From NCBI RefSeq assembly GCF_000150275.1, contig NW_002060944.1, positions 1,027,380-1,091,379 on the forward strand: a stretch of DNA of 64,000 bases, read 5' to 3'. The first letter of the stretch is position 1. Every line of letters begins with the position of its first letter. Origin of the DNA: Trichoplax adhaerens (lineage: Eukaryota; Animalia; Placozoa). The notes below the pieces were generated by a model. The model saw nothing but the letters and a program-made list of their open reading frames with translations. It was not told the DNA's origin and made no database searches. Position numbers and translations under genes: made by a program. Shown here piece after piece: positions 13,878 through 26,191 of the stretch.

Positions 13878-14450
13878 GCACTGTACTGTACTGTACAGTG
13901 AACATACAGTATTGTTACAGTACTTTGTACAGTACTATACTGTACAGTACTGTACTGTACTGTACTGTACAGTACAGCACATCACGATCGTGGTTCAAGC
14001 TGGTTTGAGGTGCTCTACAGTATGGTACAGTACTGTACAGTACAGTACAGCACATCACGATCGTGGTTCAAGCTGGTTTGAGGTGCTCTATAGTACAGTA
14101 CTGTACAGTACAGTACAGTACAGTACAGTACATCACGATCGTGGTTCAACCTACAGTACAGTGCTGTACAGTACAGTACAGTACTGTAGTTTGACGTGAT
14201 CTACAGTACTGTACAGTACAGTACAGTACAGTACTGTACAGTACAGTACTTCTATCAGTACGTACTGTAGAATTGGGCCCAAAACTTCCGGGCGACCGTC
14301 CGAATTGTGCTGTACAGTGTACAGTACATACATACAGTACTTTATTGTATTGTACCGTCCGAATTATGCTGTACAATACATACTGTACAGTTGCGTACAG
14401 TACAGTATACCCTGTACAACCTACCGTACCGTTACGTACTGTACTGCAGG
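13878..14450. repeat. (CAGTA)n/(TACTG)n palindromic microsatellite with three copies of an embedded motif, in the LSM11/SLC25A17 divergent promoter
   Basis: Dense TACAGTACTGTA/CAGTA runs. CATCACGATCGTGGTTCAA occurs at ~13980, ~14053 and ~14131. Confidence 0.9.
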
Positions 14451-15000
14451 CGTGTGACATGTCACTGCTGAAGTGCCGACCGATACACCACACCAAGTCA
14501 GATGTCACTGCCAACTGAATGAATTGACACGACCAAACGGGTGAGGTCAGACGACTCCGGTTGAAGGGTTCAAAGTTCATACTGTACCAAGGCTTCTGTA
14601 CATACAGTACAACTACTGTCAAGAATTCAGTGAGAAAAGGCACAAGACCACCTGAGCCTACCAAAGTCAGTCACCACCGCCGGTCAGGTCGCTGCTGATG
14701 AGTGACGCAGCAACTACTGCCTGCAATTCGTCTTCTTGTCACAATTAACAAGTTGCTTGCCATTGCGGTACTACAGTAAGCAATTTGGTTCAAGGTTGCG
14801 CCAAGAGTTTCAACTTTACCGCTAGGGGCTGTGAATGAATTGATTGAGCAGTGCGGCATTGAAAATTTGGTCAGCATTGGCAGTGTTACTACGCTAATTT
14901 TGCCTAGCGTAATACTCCAACATTGGATTCAAAGAACTGGCGAGTGGTTCAGTTCAATTCAGCGATAAATGAAAGATTGCAGTCGACTTCACTTCAAGCG

Positions 15001-17839
15001 ATGTCAACTCTGCTAACATTTGAAACATTTGTGCACGCTTTTGCTGGAGCTTCCGTAAGTATTATTCGTCCATCAGATGCATAGAGCACTGTTGAATTGA
15101 ATTGATGCACTAGCAGTTACTTGTCAATACGAATGGCGTAGACAGCGGAGAAAGAGCAGAGATATCCCATATCCTACAGTATACAGTTATGGAGCTTACT
15201 GTAGGTATTACTATGCATTGTAATGGAGACTGTCTAAATTTGCTGCATAACAATACAGCGTACAGTAGAATGGATAGGATTATCGCTGTAGTATTATCGT
15301 TCGAGACTCTCCAAGCGATGCTATAATTAATGTCATACAGAGGATCCTGCGCCTGTATTAAGTGCATGTAGCACATGTAGGATATGACATTCAAACAGCT
15401 TTGATTGGTAGAATAAGAAGGATAGCTTTTTCCTATAAAGTAATGTTATTCAATCCTTAACTCGACGTACCAAGTTTCCTCCCATGACACTATATTCTGT
15501 ATTATCAAGCGTTCTGTTATGGTCTACTTGTCATCAATATCCCCATAGCGGTAGTAAAATTCGTGCACTCGTGCCAGATAAACAAGTAGCAATTCAACCT
15601 TATTTTCTCATCTACTTTTAATGTACTGTCCATTCATTAAGGATAAATGGATTCTATAACTTCGTACCAGTAGATCATGTTAATGTACTGTCCATTAATG
15701 AAAGATAGATGCATTCTACAATCTCGTACCAATAGATTATGTTCGCAAAATAACAACCACGACTATCGCGATAGTGCAAGTAGGATGCAGCCTGTCGCAG
15801 GCGATACTGGATGACACTCTTGATTGATGGATCAGCAACTTCTGTTTTGATATACCGTTAGCGCAGTCTAGCTTGTAGCACTAGTACCATGCTAAAGATG
15901 GGATTAGTAGGTGTGAATGTTAGCAATTAGGCAAAAAAGCCTCGCGATACTCCGTTGTAACAGGTATCAAGCGAATGTCGTCGACAATCAATAATGATTA
16001 TAACAGAAGAGTATTGAAGCCGTTATATGGTATTATCAATATTTATAGTACAATTATTTTTTGCATGATGTAGGGTAGTGCTTTGTCCACATGTGTATTT
16101 TATCCATTGGATCTTGCCAAAACTCGCTTGCAAGGTAAGCTTTCCATAATACTAGACGAGTATATACTGTAGACGATCGAATGTGAAGCATTAAAACTCT
16201 CAAAAGAATTGCCATGTAATAATAATATTATGATCGTCTAGTGGATACACAAACCAAAGATGTCCAACCAGTCTATCAAATTTTAAGCAAGATTATCCGC
16301 GAAGAAGGATTGTTAGTATCCATATAGAATAGTGATTAGTGATTAGACTGTGTTAATAATCATCTCTGTGATTGGATCTCGTGATTTACGTTGAATTATT
16401 TATATATCTAAAATCGAATGATTATTAGTAAAATAAATATTTATAACTTACCCGCAACTTTTTATGACTGTCATAGCTCTTCCCTGTATACTGGCTTTGC
16501 TCCTGTGGTATTTAGCCAATACTGTTCCAATTTTATCTATTTTTATGCCTTTAATGGGCTAAGAATGTTGAACCGAGTGAAACAATTGCCATTCAATCAA
16601 TCTATTAGCGATCTTGTCGTGGGGATGATTGCTGGTAATAACTCTTATTAAGCTGCAAATGATAATTATAAATTAGTTTTTGTTTTTAATCTAAATATTA
16701 TTGTAAGTACGAAGCATAAAATAATAATAACAACGTACATGGAGGATATAGCATTGAAATCGTTTGCAGTTGAACCAAAATTGAACCTGTTTATCGATAT
16801 TTATTAGGCTCAGTCAATGTTGTCATTACTACTCCTTTATGGGTTGCATCAACAAGACTAAGATTGCAAGGAATGAAGGTCTTAGATTATAACCGTAAAC
16901 TGATCGACAGGAAACCTTATTTAAATATGTGGGGTTAGTCGATATTAAAGACCGATAGCGCGTATTAATACAGTTGTTGATACAGTGTAACATGCCGGAA
17001 TGCCAGATAGGACGGCCATTTAATTATTTGGCATTTATATAGATTGCTTTCGGAGAATAGCAAAGGAGGAAGGCGTTTTTTCTTTATGGAACAGCCTCGG
17101 CCCATCGCTGATGCTAGTAACTAATCCAGCCATTCAATTCATGTCATATGAAGCTGTCAAACGGTATATTCGCCGTAATACCGGCGGTGTAGAGGTAAAA
17201 TCTGCCTGTCATAGATAGATAATAATACCTTATTAATCTTACATTTTACTTGATTTGATAGAATTATTTTCATTTCATATTTTAGATATCGGCATTAACT
17301 ATTTTTCTTATGGGTGCAATATCGAAAGCAATTGCTACTGTTTTGACTTATCCTATTCAAATTGTTCAAGCTCGTCTAAGGGTAAGAATATCATAAAAGT
17401 TTTCGATCTTGCAATGAATCAACTTTCAGGCATGCGTACGCTGTAGAAAGATCAACATAAAAATAATAAATTTGTTTTTATTTTATATAGCATAATGCAT
17501 CTGTGGATGACAATTCTAAGAGAAGGCGTACAGTTATTAATATATTTAGAGAAATCTTACGGTAAGTCTTGCAACTCAATGAATCTTGTTACACTCTGTT
17601 TCCTATAGCAGTTTCATTTCTCTAGTGATGTATAACAAGGATATCATGGATAGCAGCATTTCTATTTATGATTTAACTGAATATAACTGGTCAACTATAA
17701 TAGGCATGAAGGATTTCGTGGTTTATTTAAAGGATTAGAGACGAAATTATTGCAGACGGTTTTATCGGCGGCCTTAATGTTTACTATTTACGAAAAAATT
17801 ATCGCCTTTGTCTTTTGGGTTACTAGAATTAAGAAATAA
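15001..17839 (+). CDS. SLC25A17: Peroxisomal membrane carrier PMP34 (SLC25A17), copy 1, 9 exons
   Basis: [18 protein letters not shown]|[101 protein letters not shown]. Three carrier repeats. Confidence 0.95.
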
Positions 17840-19576
17840 ACTTGGATGTACTCTTCTTAAAATTTTATATTATATTTCAATTTCAATAGACAAACGGAAT
17901 GTTCTTATTTGGATTACAATAGTATATGCGATATAGTATTCTAGATCTAGTTATCCTTCAAGTACTTTTATAGCGTTAACGCTGTTGATATCTATTAGTA
18001 CTATTCCAGCTACCGTAGATGAAGCTTTTATTTATAATCCCAATTTTAACCACATCGAAAATAATATTTAGCTGGCTAGGGGCATTTATAGTCGATATTA
18101 AAACATGATTCGTATTAATGGAGGTATGAGGCTGCCGCCTGTTGGAATACAAATTTTATGTAACTTGTCAAGATTACTTGGAAGATTTTAGCATCATATT
18201 TCTCATCCTCTACTGTAATAAAGCATTGCACAATAAAGTTGTTACTTTATCTTGAAATAGTGTCAATCTTACAGTGGATGTTGTACGATAATGATAGCTA
18301 GCAGACCATGTTTATTTTTGACGTCGTACACTACTTTAAAGTAAGTGTACAGTATGTACAGCTATAACTTGGTTCATTGCATTGTAGCAATTGATTAGAT
18401 TTCGATACCTTGTCCTGATTTCTCCTAGAAATAAAGTAAAATAGATCGAATGAACTACAAGTACTTGTATTTCACGCTTTGCATAGTGTATTACAGATTA
18501 CATCACTTAAAGTGATATAATTTGAATTATTCCCTCTCCTCTTCTAATCTGTTAAGAATCAACCCAATTTTTGATTTTCACTATTTACTCAATGACGATG
18601 GATGTTGATTTCGATTGGCAATTTATTTATCTTTACTGTACAAAACAGATGTTGTAGATATCGGTAGCAGAAACCGTTTATAAAACCTCGATGATGTACC
18701 TAGTACTGAAATTGTCAACACTAGATAGTTACCAAGTATCAGTAGAGATAGAGTTAGCAAGGGCTACTAACAGAGAGAAAGAGATAGCAAGTCTTTTTAA
18801 TTAATTATGAATCAGCACCTTTGCACTTGCAACTAATGCAATACAGTGGTGGGCGACCAATCGAACACCCCCCAGCCTATTTTCAATCATTGCCTGACAT
18901 CTGTTTTGCACAGCATCTACCTACTACGCTGTATAATTGCATTTATCCCATAGCGATTTTCCTTTTACCTTTATCATCTAACCCTCGATCCCCTATGCAA
19001 TAATGACTTGCTATTGATTGATTGATTGATTTTTACCCTTCAGCTAGCAGTACAAGGCCATCATTCCAGTCCGCTACTCTGCCTGTCCGACGCGATCCGA
19101 GGTCAAGTCCTTACGGTGTCTAGTAGCTCGGGTTCATAACCCGAGTATCAGCCCATCACGTGATACCGTTGGAAAACCAACCAATACTTAGCCAGGTAGG
19201 GGTGGGTAGGGTTGGGGGTCAGCCAGTACTTCCATACTGTAGTGTAGTAGGACGACCTTCGACCCGACCCATGGTGGTATCAACTATCGAGTGTACAATA
19301 CAAGACATACGGTGCAGTCAAAGACCTTTATCGTTGCAATGTCATGCTAGCCGATGTCGTCGCTGCTCATACACTTCCGTCATCTCTGGTGATATTACGC
19401 ATACTGTATGGATGGTTAGGTCATGAATGGAACGTAGTACTGAACGAACAATCCTCGACCGGGTCAAGTAGGAGTCAGCGGACAGGAGTATTGCAACTTC
19501 TTTTTGCCTTGGTGAGAGCAATCCGCCGATTTCAATTTCAGCCCATCACGACAGCAATCGACAAGCTTTCATCAAC

Positions 19577-22500
19577 ATGTCTTCGCTTTTAACCTTCGAT
19601 GCGTTAACACACGCCATTGCTGGAGCTTCTGTAAGCTTTTACCTAGACTAAATTCTTGGCTAATTGTTCATTTTAGACTTGATTGTGTATAACTACAATG
19701 TTGCCTGTTAATGAATACAGTAAGGTTGATGTCAAAAACAGTAAGTAGAGAAGGCATGAGTAAAAAGGATCGACTGTAAAACCAGAACATTTATAGCGAT
19801 CGATCAATACAGTTAGTTGTATTGACTGTAAGAATGCCTTTGATTATGTTATTACTTTAGCGTTAGCCATTCCTTGCACAGTACACAGTCGACACTATCG
19901 CATTCTGATAACGGTCGAAAAGTTGCAAGGTTGCAAGCTATTAAACCGTATTGCATATGCGCTCATACAATCCATTATTACTATCCATATATCATGTCCG
20001 TTTATAGCCATTCGTGCAAATTTTGGTCAATGGATGCGTGCATCATCTTCAAAGCTTGTTTATTTCTGATAATTTTTCATGATTATCGTATTATTCTAAA
20101 TAGGGCAGCGCGGTAGCGATGTCTACCTTTTATCCATTAGATCTGGCTAGAACTCGTCTGCAAGGTAATGTATAGGAGATTTTGTACAGATTTAGGCGGC
20201 ATTTAGACACAACACTTTGCAAGTATGGCAGTTGAGCTTTTTGCATGCTCAATACTTTAGTGCTTATTCCTACGGGCTCTACTGAAATTAGAATAGCATT
20301 TCATAGAGTGCATGGATGGGTTATTTCGATGTGCCAGCTAGCTCATACTGTACACTGTATGTTACGATACATCATGATCAGCCAACTCTGTCAACGTATT
20401 AGCTCAACCCTAATTAATGGAGAACATCTCCGCATGGAGTTAACACCAAATCTGAGATAGTGGGCTGATGAAGCATTCGCCGATTCAGTATCTCAACCTT
20501 GATGTTAACTTTAATTAATTCTTTACTTAGGGTTAACCTCTGACGTTGACATTCTTATAACCAGGTTGTCTGAGCGCGTTTATATTAAATACTGTGTTTA
20601 GCTATCTAATTCGGATATATAAACAACCACCTTAGCGTACTTATATGCTCACGTGATACATATGCACTGTATATTTAGCTACTGCTTAACAAAGTCAATT
20701 CTAGCTGACTTGATTTCTGTAGCAATAGCTGAAATAAGGCTGATGCAATTCTGTTGCTTGATAGTAAGCCATGTGCACTTATTAAACTGTCGAACATCGT
20801 GCGAGTTAGGCAGCTATCAGCTTGCGAATGAGCTTGAAAGATAAATACATGGCGCAATTGCAGTACTTTACTAACTATAAATACCTCTGTATTTATATTA
20901 CTTTTTGTTAATATTTTTCATTGATATCATCGTATGCCTTTGTGGATCTTTGCATGATCAATGTATAGTTGATATGCAGACCAAACTGGTTAAACCAACC
21001 CATCAGATATTAGCCAAAATTATCCGAGAGGAAGGATTGTAAGATAAATTGTTTTATAACCATTACTTTAAAATATTGCAAATACAATAGAATCATATGA
21101 ACAACACGGGTTAATAACTAAACCAATTGTCGCTACACTTTCTCCGTAGATCTGCTCTTTATACCGGCTTCGGACCTGTGCTAACCAGCCTGTATTGTTC
21201 GAATTTTGTCTATTTTTATGCCTTCAATGGATTGAGGATGTTGGATGTGGTTAAACAACTACCTTTAACTCAGTCAGTTAGTGATTTAGTGGTTGGAATG
21301 GTTGCTGGTAAGTCTTTCGCGCTTGAATATTATTTCAAAATATATATTTAGATATGTTCATCAATTAAATATTGGACCAACCTATTGGTAGTATCGATTG
21401 TAGTGTATGGTTAAGCCATTACATTTTCATAGATTATGGAAAGAGAACATTACTTTAAGTGGAAATAAGAAAATTAATTAATTGCGCACTTCTTAATTTT
21501 TGAAGGAGTTTATTTCAATTCGAGATCATTAGCGGCATTCAATATAATAGCTAAATTTAATTCTCTGTAGATTCTGTCATATTAGAAATCGTGATGTTAA
21601 ATTTTTGTTATAGTACTGAGTTTATGCGTTTCTACTTGCTATCTTCATTTTACGAGCTTAAAAAAAGACAACAATATAAACAGTATAGTAATTGTGAATG
21701 TTATGCTTACAGTCTTGAATTAAAACTTGCTAAGTGTTGGTAATGTAATACAGGTACTATTAATGTTTTTGCAACAACTCCACTTTGGGTTGCAAATACA
21801 AGACTGCGTTTGCAAGGTGTGACTGTTCGTGATTATAACAATAAAGTCATAAAAAAGACTCAGTATACCGGTATTTTTGGTAAGTTGACGTTAATGTAAT
21901 GCCACCTAATTCAAATTGAGCTACATTGTATACGAGTAGACAGTCTAATTGATAAAGTATCGTTATTATAATGGCAGATTGCTTTAGACGTATTATCAAG
22001 GAAGAGGGAATACTTTCCTTATGGAGTGGTCTAGCACCATCATTGGTATTATGTTGTAATCCCGCTATTCAGTTCATGTCATATGAAGCTCTTAAAAGAT
22101 ACATTACTCGAGGAAAAAACAATATGCAGGTTACTCGTTAAAATCATTTAAAGCTGGAGTCTTCAAATGAAATAGCGCTATTATTATTATTATGATTACT
22201 ACTATTAATTTACATGAATAGCCTTATGTCGAAATGGTTGCCGCTGGTTACTATTCTATTTTATCACTTAGCTCATAATAGGTCGTAACTTGTATGTACA
22301 ACTGGTGTTTTTACTGTAGATTCCATCTTGGTTGGTATTCCTAATGGGCGCAATCTCAAAGGCTATTGCAACTGTGCTCACTTACCCTCTGCAAGTCTCT
22401 CAAGCTCGTTTAAGGGTAACTTCATATAAAATAACTGCCGCATAAAGACAGGTGTCGTTAATATTAACTATTAGTTTATATGTCCATAAATACCCTTAGC

Positions 22501-22845
22501 ACAATACTTCTGAAAAGGCCAATAAGAAGCGTACCTTCATTACTATCATGCAGGAGATAATTAGGTTTGTAACTCATTGTGTATTAATTCGTAAGTTTAC
22601 CGAAATATTTAAGATTATTAATCCTTAAAGATCAACCTAACATGACAGTCACACATCGAATTTTACTCTGTCTTATTTACCTCGCTAGGCATGAAGGTTT
22701 CTCTGGTCTATTCAAAGGCTTGGAGGCGAAGCTATTACAGACCGTCTTAACTACAGCTTTGATGTTTACCATGTATGAAAAGATTATGTCGTTCGTTCTG
22801 TTTGTAACGAAGGCATCACGAAAGAAGGCATCATTGTCTGCTTAA
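19577..22845 (+). CDS. SLC25A17: Peroxisomal membrane carrier PMP34 (SLC25A17), copy 2, 9 exons
   Basis: [18 protein letters not shown]|[87 protein letters not shown]. Intron positions match copy 1. Confidence 0.95.
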
Positions 22846-23764
22846 CTCGCATGTAATCTAGTGCATTGTTAAAATTAGTTTTCTTCAATATCTTTGATAT
22901 CAAACATTTTTTGTACAAAGACTTGTAGTAAATGTAATATTGCATCGTTAATATATGTTTATAAAGTTCTTTTGTACAGACTATAATACAGTATGCAGTA
23001 ATGATATGATTAATTATCCGCTGTAATTTGTACCTTCACGAATAGTAGGTCCTTAAATTAACGATTATAATTTAGATGATATTTATTAGTGGATATTTAT
23101 AATAGTTCAAGAACGATGTACATGTACTGCATATCTGAAAATTTGTAACGGAAAATGTACCAGCTATTGATGGTTGCTATTATGCCGAAGAATATTACCC
23201 CCATACGTTGTAAAGTATTTGCTAGCAGTATCAAAAAATCATTCAATGTGTTCATGAATGTCATGGAATAAATAGGTAGAAGGGCTCATGCGTTACTATT
23301 ATTGCAAGCTTTATTACAACTTTGTTTTACGCGTAGTATAAATTTATGCAAAAACATGAATTTTAAGATAAAAAATAAAAATATATTTGCTGGCTCTAGG
23401 CTACCGATATTTTCAGGTTTGTTCCTAATCGATACCGTAAGAATTCTTGTTTCTGGTAGTTACGCGTTATCAACTTTGCATTACTTTTGCTTGATATCTT
23501 AATTTGCGTAGTAGTTGTAAGCAGTGTAGCGTGCAATAATGTCATATATATTGTACAGCATTTTTGTGCATCAGATTTACATAACAGAGTCAGACTGCCA
23601 GAGTACAGCATTAGGCGAAGAAAATGAGGTGTAGAGAGAAGATTGCTTTGAGTTAGGATACATCATTAATTTAGCAAGATTCCAAGCACACCATATTACA
23701 GTAATATACTACTGCATGCTGTACAGTCTACCGTACCAAAGTTTGCATGTGGTATTACTAATTA

Positions 23765-23995
23765 TTATATAATCCATTAAGACTTTACCATCTTAGATAA
23801 GACTATGTTATACAATCCATTTCTAATTATTATATAATCTATTAATACTTTACCATCTTAGATAAGACTATGTTATATAATCCATTAACACTTTACCACC
23901 TTAGATAAGACTGTTATATAATCCATTAACACTTTACCATCTTAGATAAGACTGTTATATAATCCATTAACACTTTACCATCTTAGATAAGACTC
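23765..23995. repeat. Tandem repeat, ~5 x 41-43 bp
   Basis: Unit TTATATAATCCATTAACACTTTACCATCTTAGATAAGACT(AT)G. Confidence 0.92.
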
Positions 23996-24063
23996 TTTTT
24001 ACATACAGTATGGAAGAAAGTAGAAACTATTATTTACTTTACGATTACGGCAGTCAAAATAGT

Positions 24064-24088
24064 CAGGGACTTATCTTAGTAGTCCCTG
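24064..24088. mobile_element. Ultra-short hAT-like remnant (25 bp)
   Basis: CAGGGACT-9nt-AGTCCCTG, flanked by the direct repeat AAATAGT on both sides. Confidence 0.6.
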
Positions 24089-24853
24089 AAATAGTGTGCA
24101 GCAGTGTTTTGCAGTAGAAACGAATTCTATGATATATTATAAAAATAGCATAGTGAATATGCATACCATAGTCTGCTACGAATACCAGCAGCACTACTCA
24201 GTGTATCTTGCTATACTGTGCGATCTATATAAAAGCTTTTACATGTGAGCAGATCGAATACACCACTTGTATGACTGTATAGAGAGACTAACCGATACTG
24301 TACAGGCGAATGTTCTGTGTACACTGCCTGATTTCGAGTACCAACAGTACAGTACTGTAGTTGGCAATCTTGCCGATGGCGGCCATGATTTCCCTGAGGA
24401 GGCTCGTAATTCCACTGAAGGAAAATCTACTGTAGTAACATGATAACTTTAAATCTTAGCAGATCTAGAGAAAGATAATATCCCTTAGCGTCTAGATTCT
24501 GATTTAAAAGCTAATTGTATTTGGCAGTGTTGTGTTATATCGCATGAAAGCCTTGCGTTCCGAAAGAAAGTGAAGATTATTAATTCCAATCAGATTTTGA
24601 TATTAATGCAGGTGGATTGAAATACTTTGCAATGCAGCAATTCTTAAATAGGCTTTTCTGATCTGCCAATTTTAGCTGATACCATTGGTATTAACACTAT
24701 TGCTATTGATAGTTTTAGCACCACGATTGAAGAATTTGAAAGCTACAACTGATTTATCCTATTGCGACGGAAAATTTCCACACTAGTGGCCTACAACTTC
24801 TACAAGATTCACATAAACATACGCGTAATTTTGCCTAGCTACTCGATTGAATC

Positions 24854-25594
24854 ATGCCATGCTATCGCTTCTACTTAAATTCCAACCTGGTCAAAAATGG
24901 TAGAGTTGCCTTACAAGGCGATCAGTTACATCATATGAAGAATGTAATGCGACTGAGAGTCGGAGAAACGGTAGAAATTATAAATGGTAGAAATCAATTA
25001 GCACAGGCCAGGATCGATGCTTATCAAGGCAATCAAATTGCTCACGTAAACATTGATCAAGTCTTGACGCAATTAGTACTGGATAAACCGAGAATCAATT
25101 TAATTCAGCCACTTATACGAAGTAAAGGCTTAGATCTTGTCATCGAGAAATGTACTGAATTAGGAGTAAGCCATTTTTACCTCTACGCCAGTGAACTTGG
25201 TGAAATTTCGCAATTTAGCTCTGCACGTTGTAAGAAATTAACTGAGATTGCTATAAGCGCTATAAAGCAATGTGGCCGCCTCGATTTACCAACGTTGACA
25301 TTTGCTGATCGTTTGCATAATTTAAAATTACAATCAAATGTGCACCCAATATGTTTTGGTGATACTAGGCACTTGGATAATGCTCAGGTTGGATTTACGC
25401 CTCAATCCACCCTAGCTCAATGTAAAACTGTCTGCATCGGACCTGAGAAAGGATTTTCCGATAAAGAAATCAACTATTTAGAAAATCAACTTGGTGCTAC
25501 TGGCATCAAGATAAGTCCTTTCATCTTAAGAAGCGAAACTGCCTCTATTACGCTGACGGCCTTGACAAGCTATGCAAGCATATTGAAACAATAA
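24854..25594 (+). CDS. rsmE: 16S rRNA (uracil-1498-N3)-methyltransferase RsmE, SPOUT class, intronless, bacterial-type
   Basis: 246-aa ORF with all RsmE motifs in order: HHMKNVMRLRVGE, EKCTELGV, SAIKQCGR, IGPEKGFS, ILRSETA. An in-frame TGA lies two codons upstream of the ATG. Confidence 0.93.
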   Translation: MPCYRFYLNSNLVKNGRVALQGDQLHHMKNVMRLRVGETVEIINGRNQLAQARIDAYQGNQIAHVNIDQVLTQLVLDKPRINLIQPLIRSKGLDLVIEKCTELGVSHFYLYASELGEISQFSSARCKKLTEIAISAIKQCGRLDLPTLTFADRLHNLKLQSNVHPICFGDTRHLDNAQVGFTPQSTLAQCKTVCIGPEKGFSDKEINYLENQLGATGIKISPFILRSETASITLTALTSYASILKQ

Positions 25595-26191
25595 TGCTTT
25601 CCACTTACAGTGCAATGCATCTACAACGTCATTATCGCCAGATCATGTTGTGCTATTCAATTGTTGTATGTTATGGTGATAGCGCCTTTTTATCGTAGTA
25701 AGAGTCATGCATGGCCTATATTTTATATAAATATTATTAAACTGTAACGTCAAGAGTAATTCATATTTTATTTTTTATGAACGATCTGTCGTCAGATTTT
25801 GGTTCTAAAAATATATTATATTATAACATAAATTACAAAATAACAGATACGTAATGAACACGATTTACGTCATCGAGCTCAGAATTCCTTGCTTTATGCA
25901 ATAGTTATCAATTTGGTTAAAAAAATATCGAACTTGGCATTTCTCTCATGCTCGCAATATCCTATTAAATTACAACAACCATGATCATCGTTCAAAAATA
26001 ATGGGCTATTTACACAATTGATCACGGTATTTATAACTACAGAAATGATATTCCATTAATAATATTATTATTTACCTACTATAAAGAATAATGAAATGAA
26101 AATAATAAGCTGGTAAAAAATATTCTTTGTTATAGCATTAAGACATCATCCCACTTTTGCTAGGTAAATATGGGTTTACAGTGCGCTACTG

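Noticed and set aside
13843-14664. Tyr/Cys/Thr/Val-rich ORFs (also 8838-9166, 31661-32132, 47796-48521, 53154-53396)
   Set aside because: These are translations of CAGTA/TACTG repeats, which lack stop codons, and show no protein-like features.
14881-14930. U7 snRNA next to LSM11 (CAGTGTTAC... AATTTTGCCTAG resembles the vertebrate U7 5' end and Sm site)
   Set aside because: It lacks the CUCUUU histone-downstream-element pairing tract and the 3' stem-loop after the Sm site. It is better explained as a splice acceptor.
24854-25594. rsmE as a plain bacterial contaminant contig
   Set aside because: There are no adjacent bacterial genes, gap or compositional break, and the flanks carry host repeats and motifs. 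It is not fully excluded without read-level checks.
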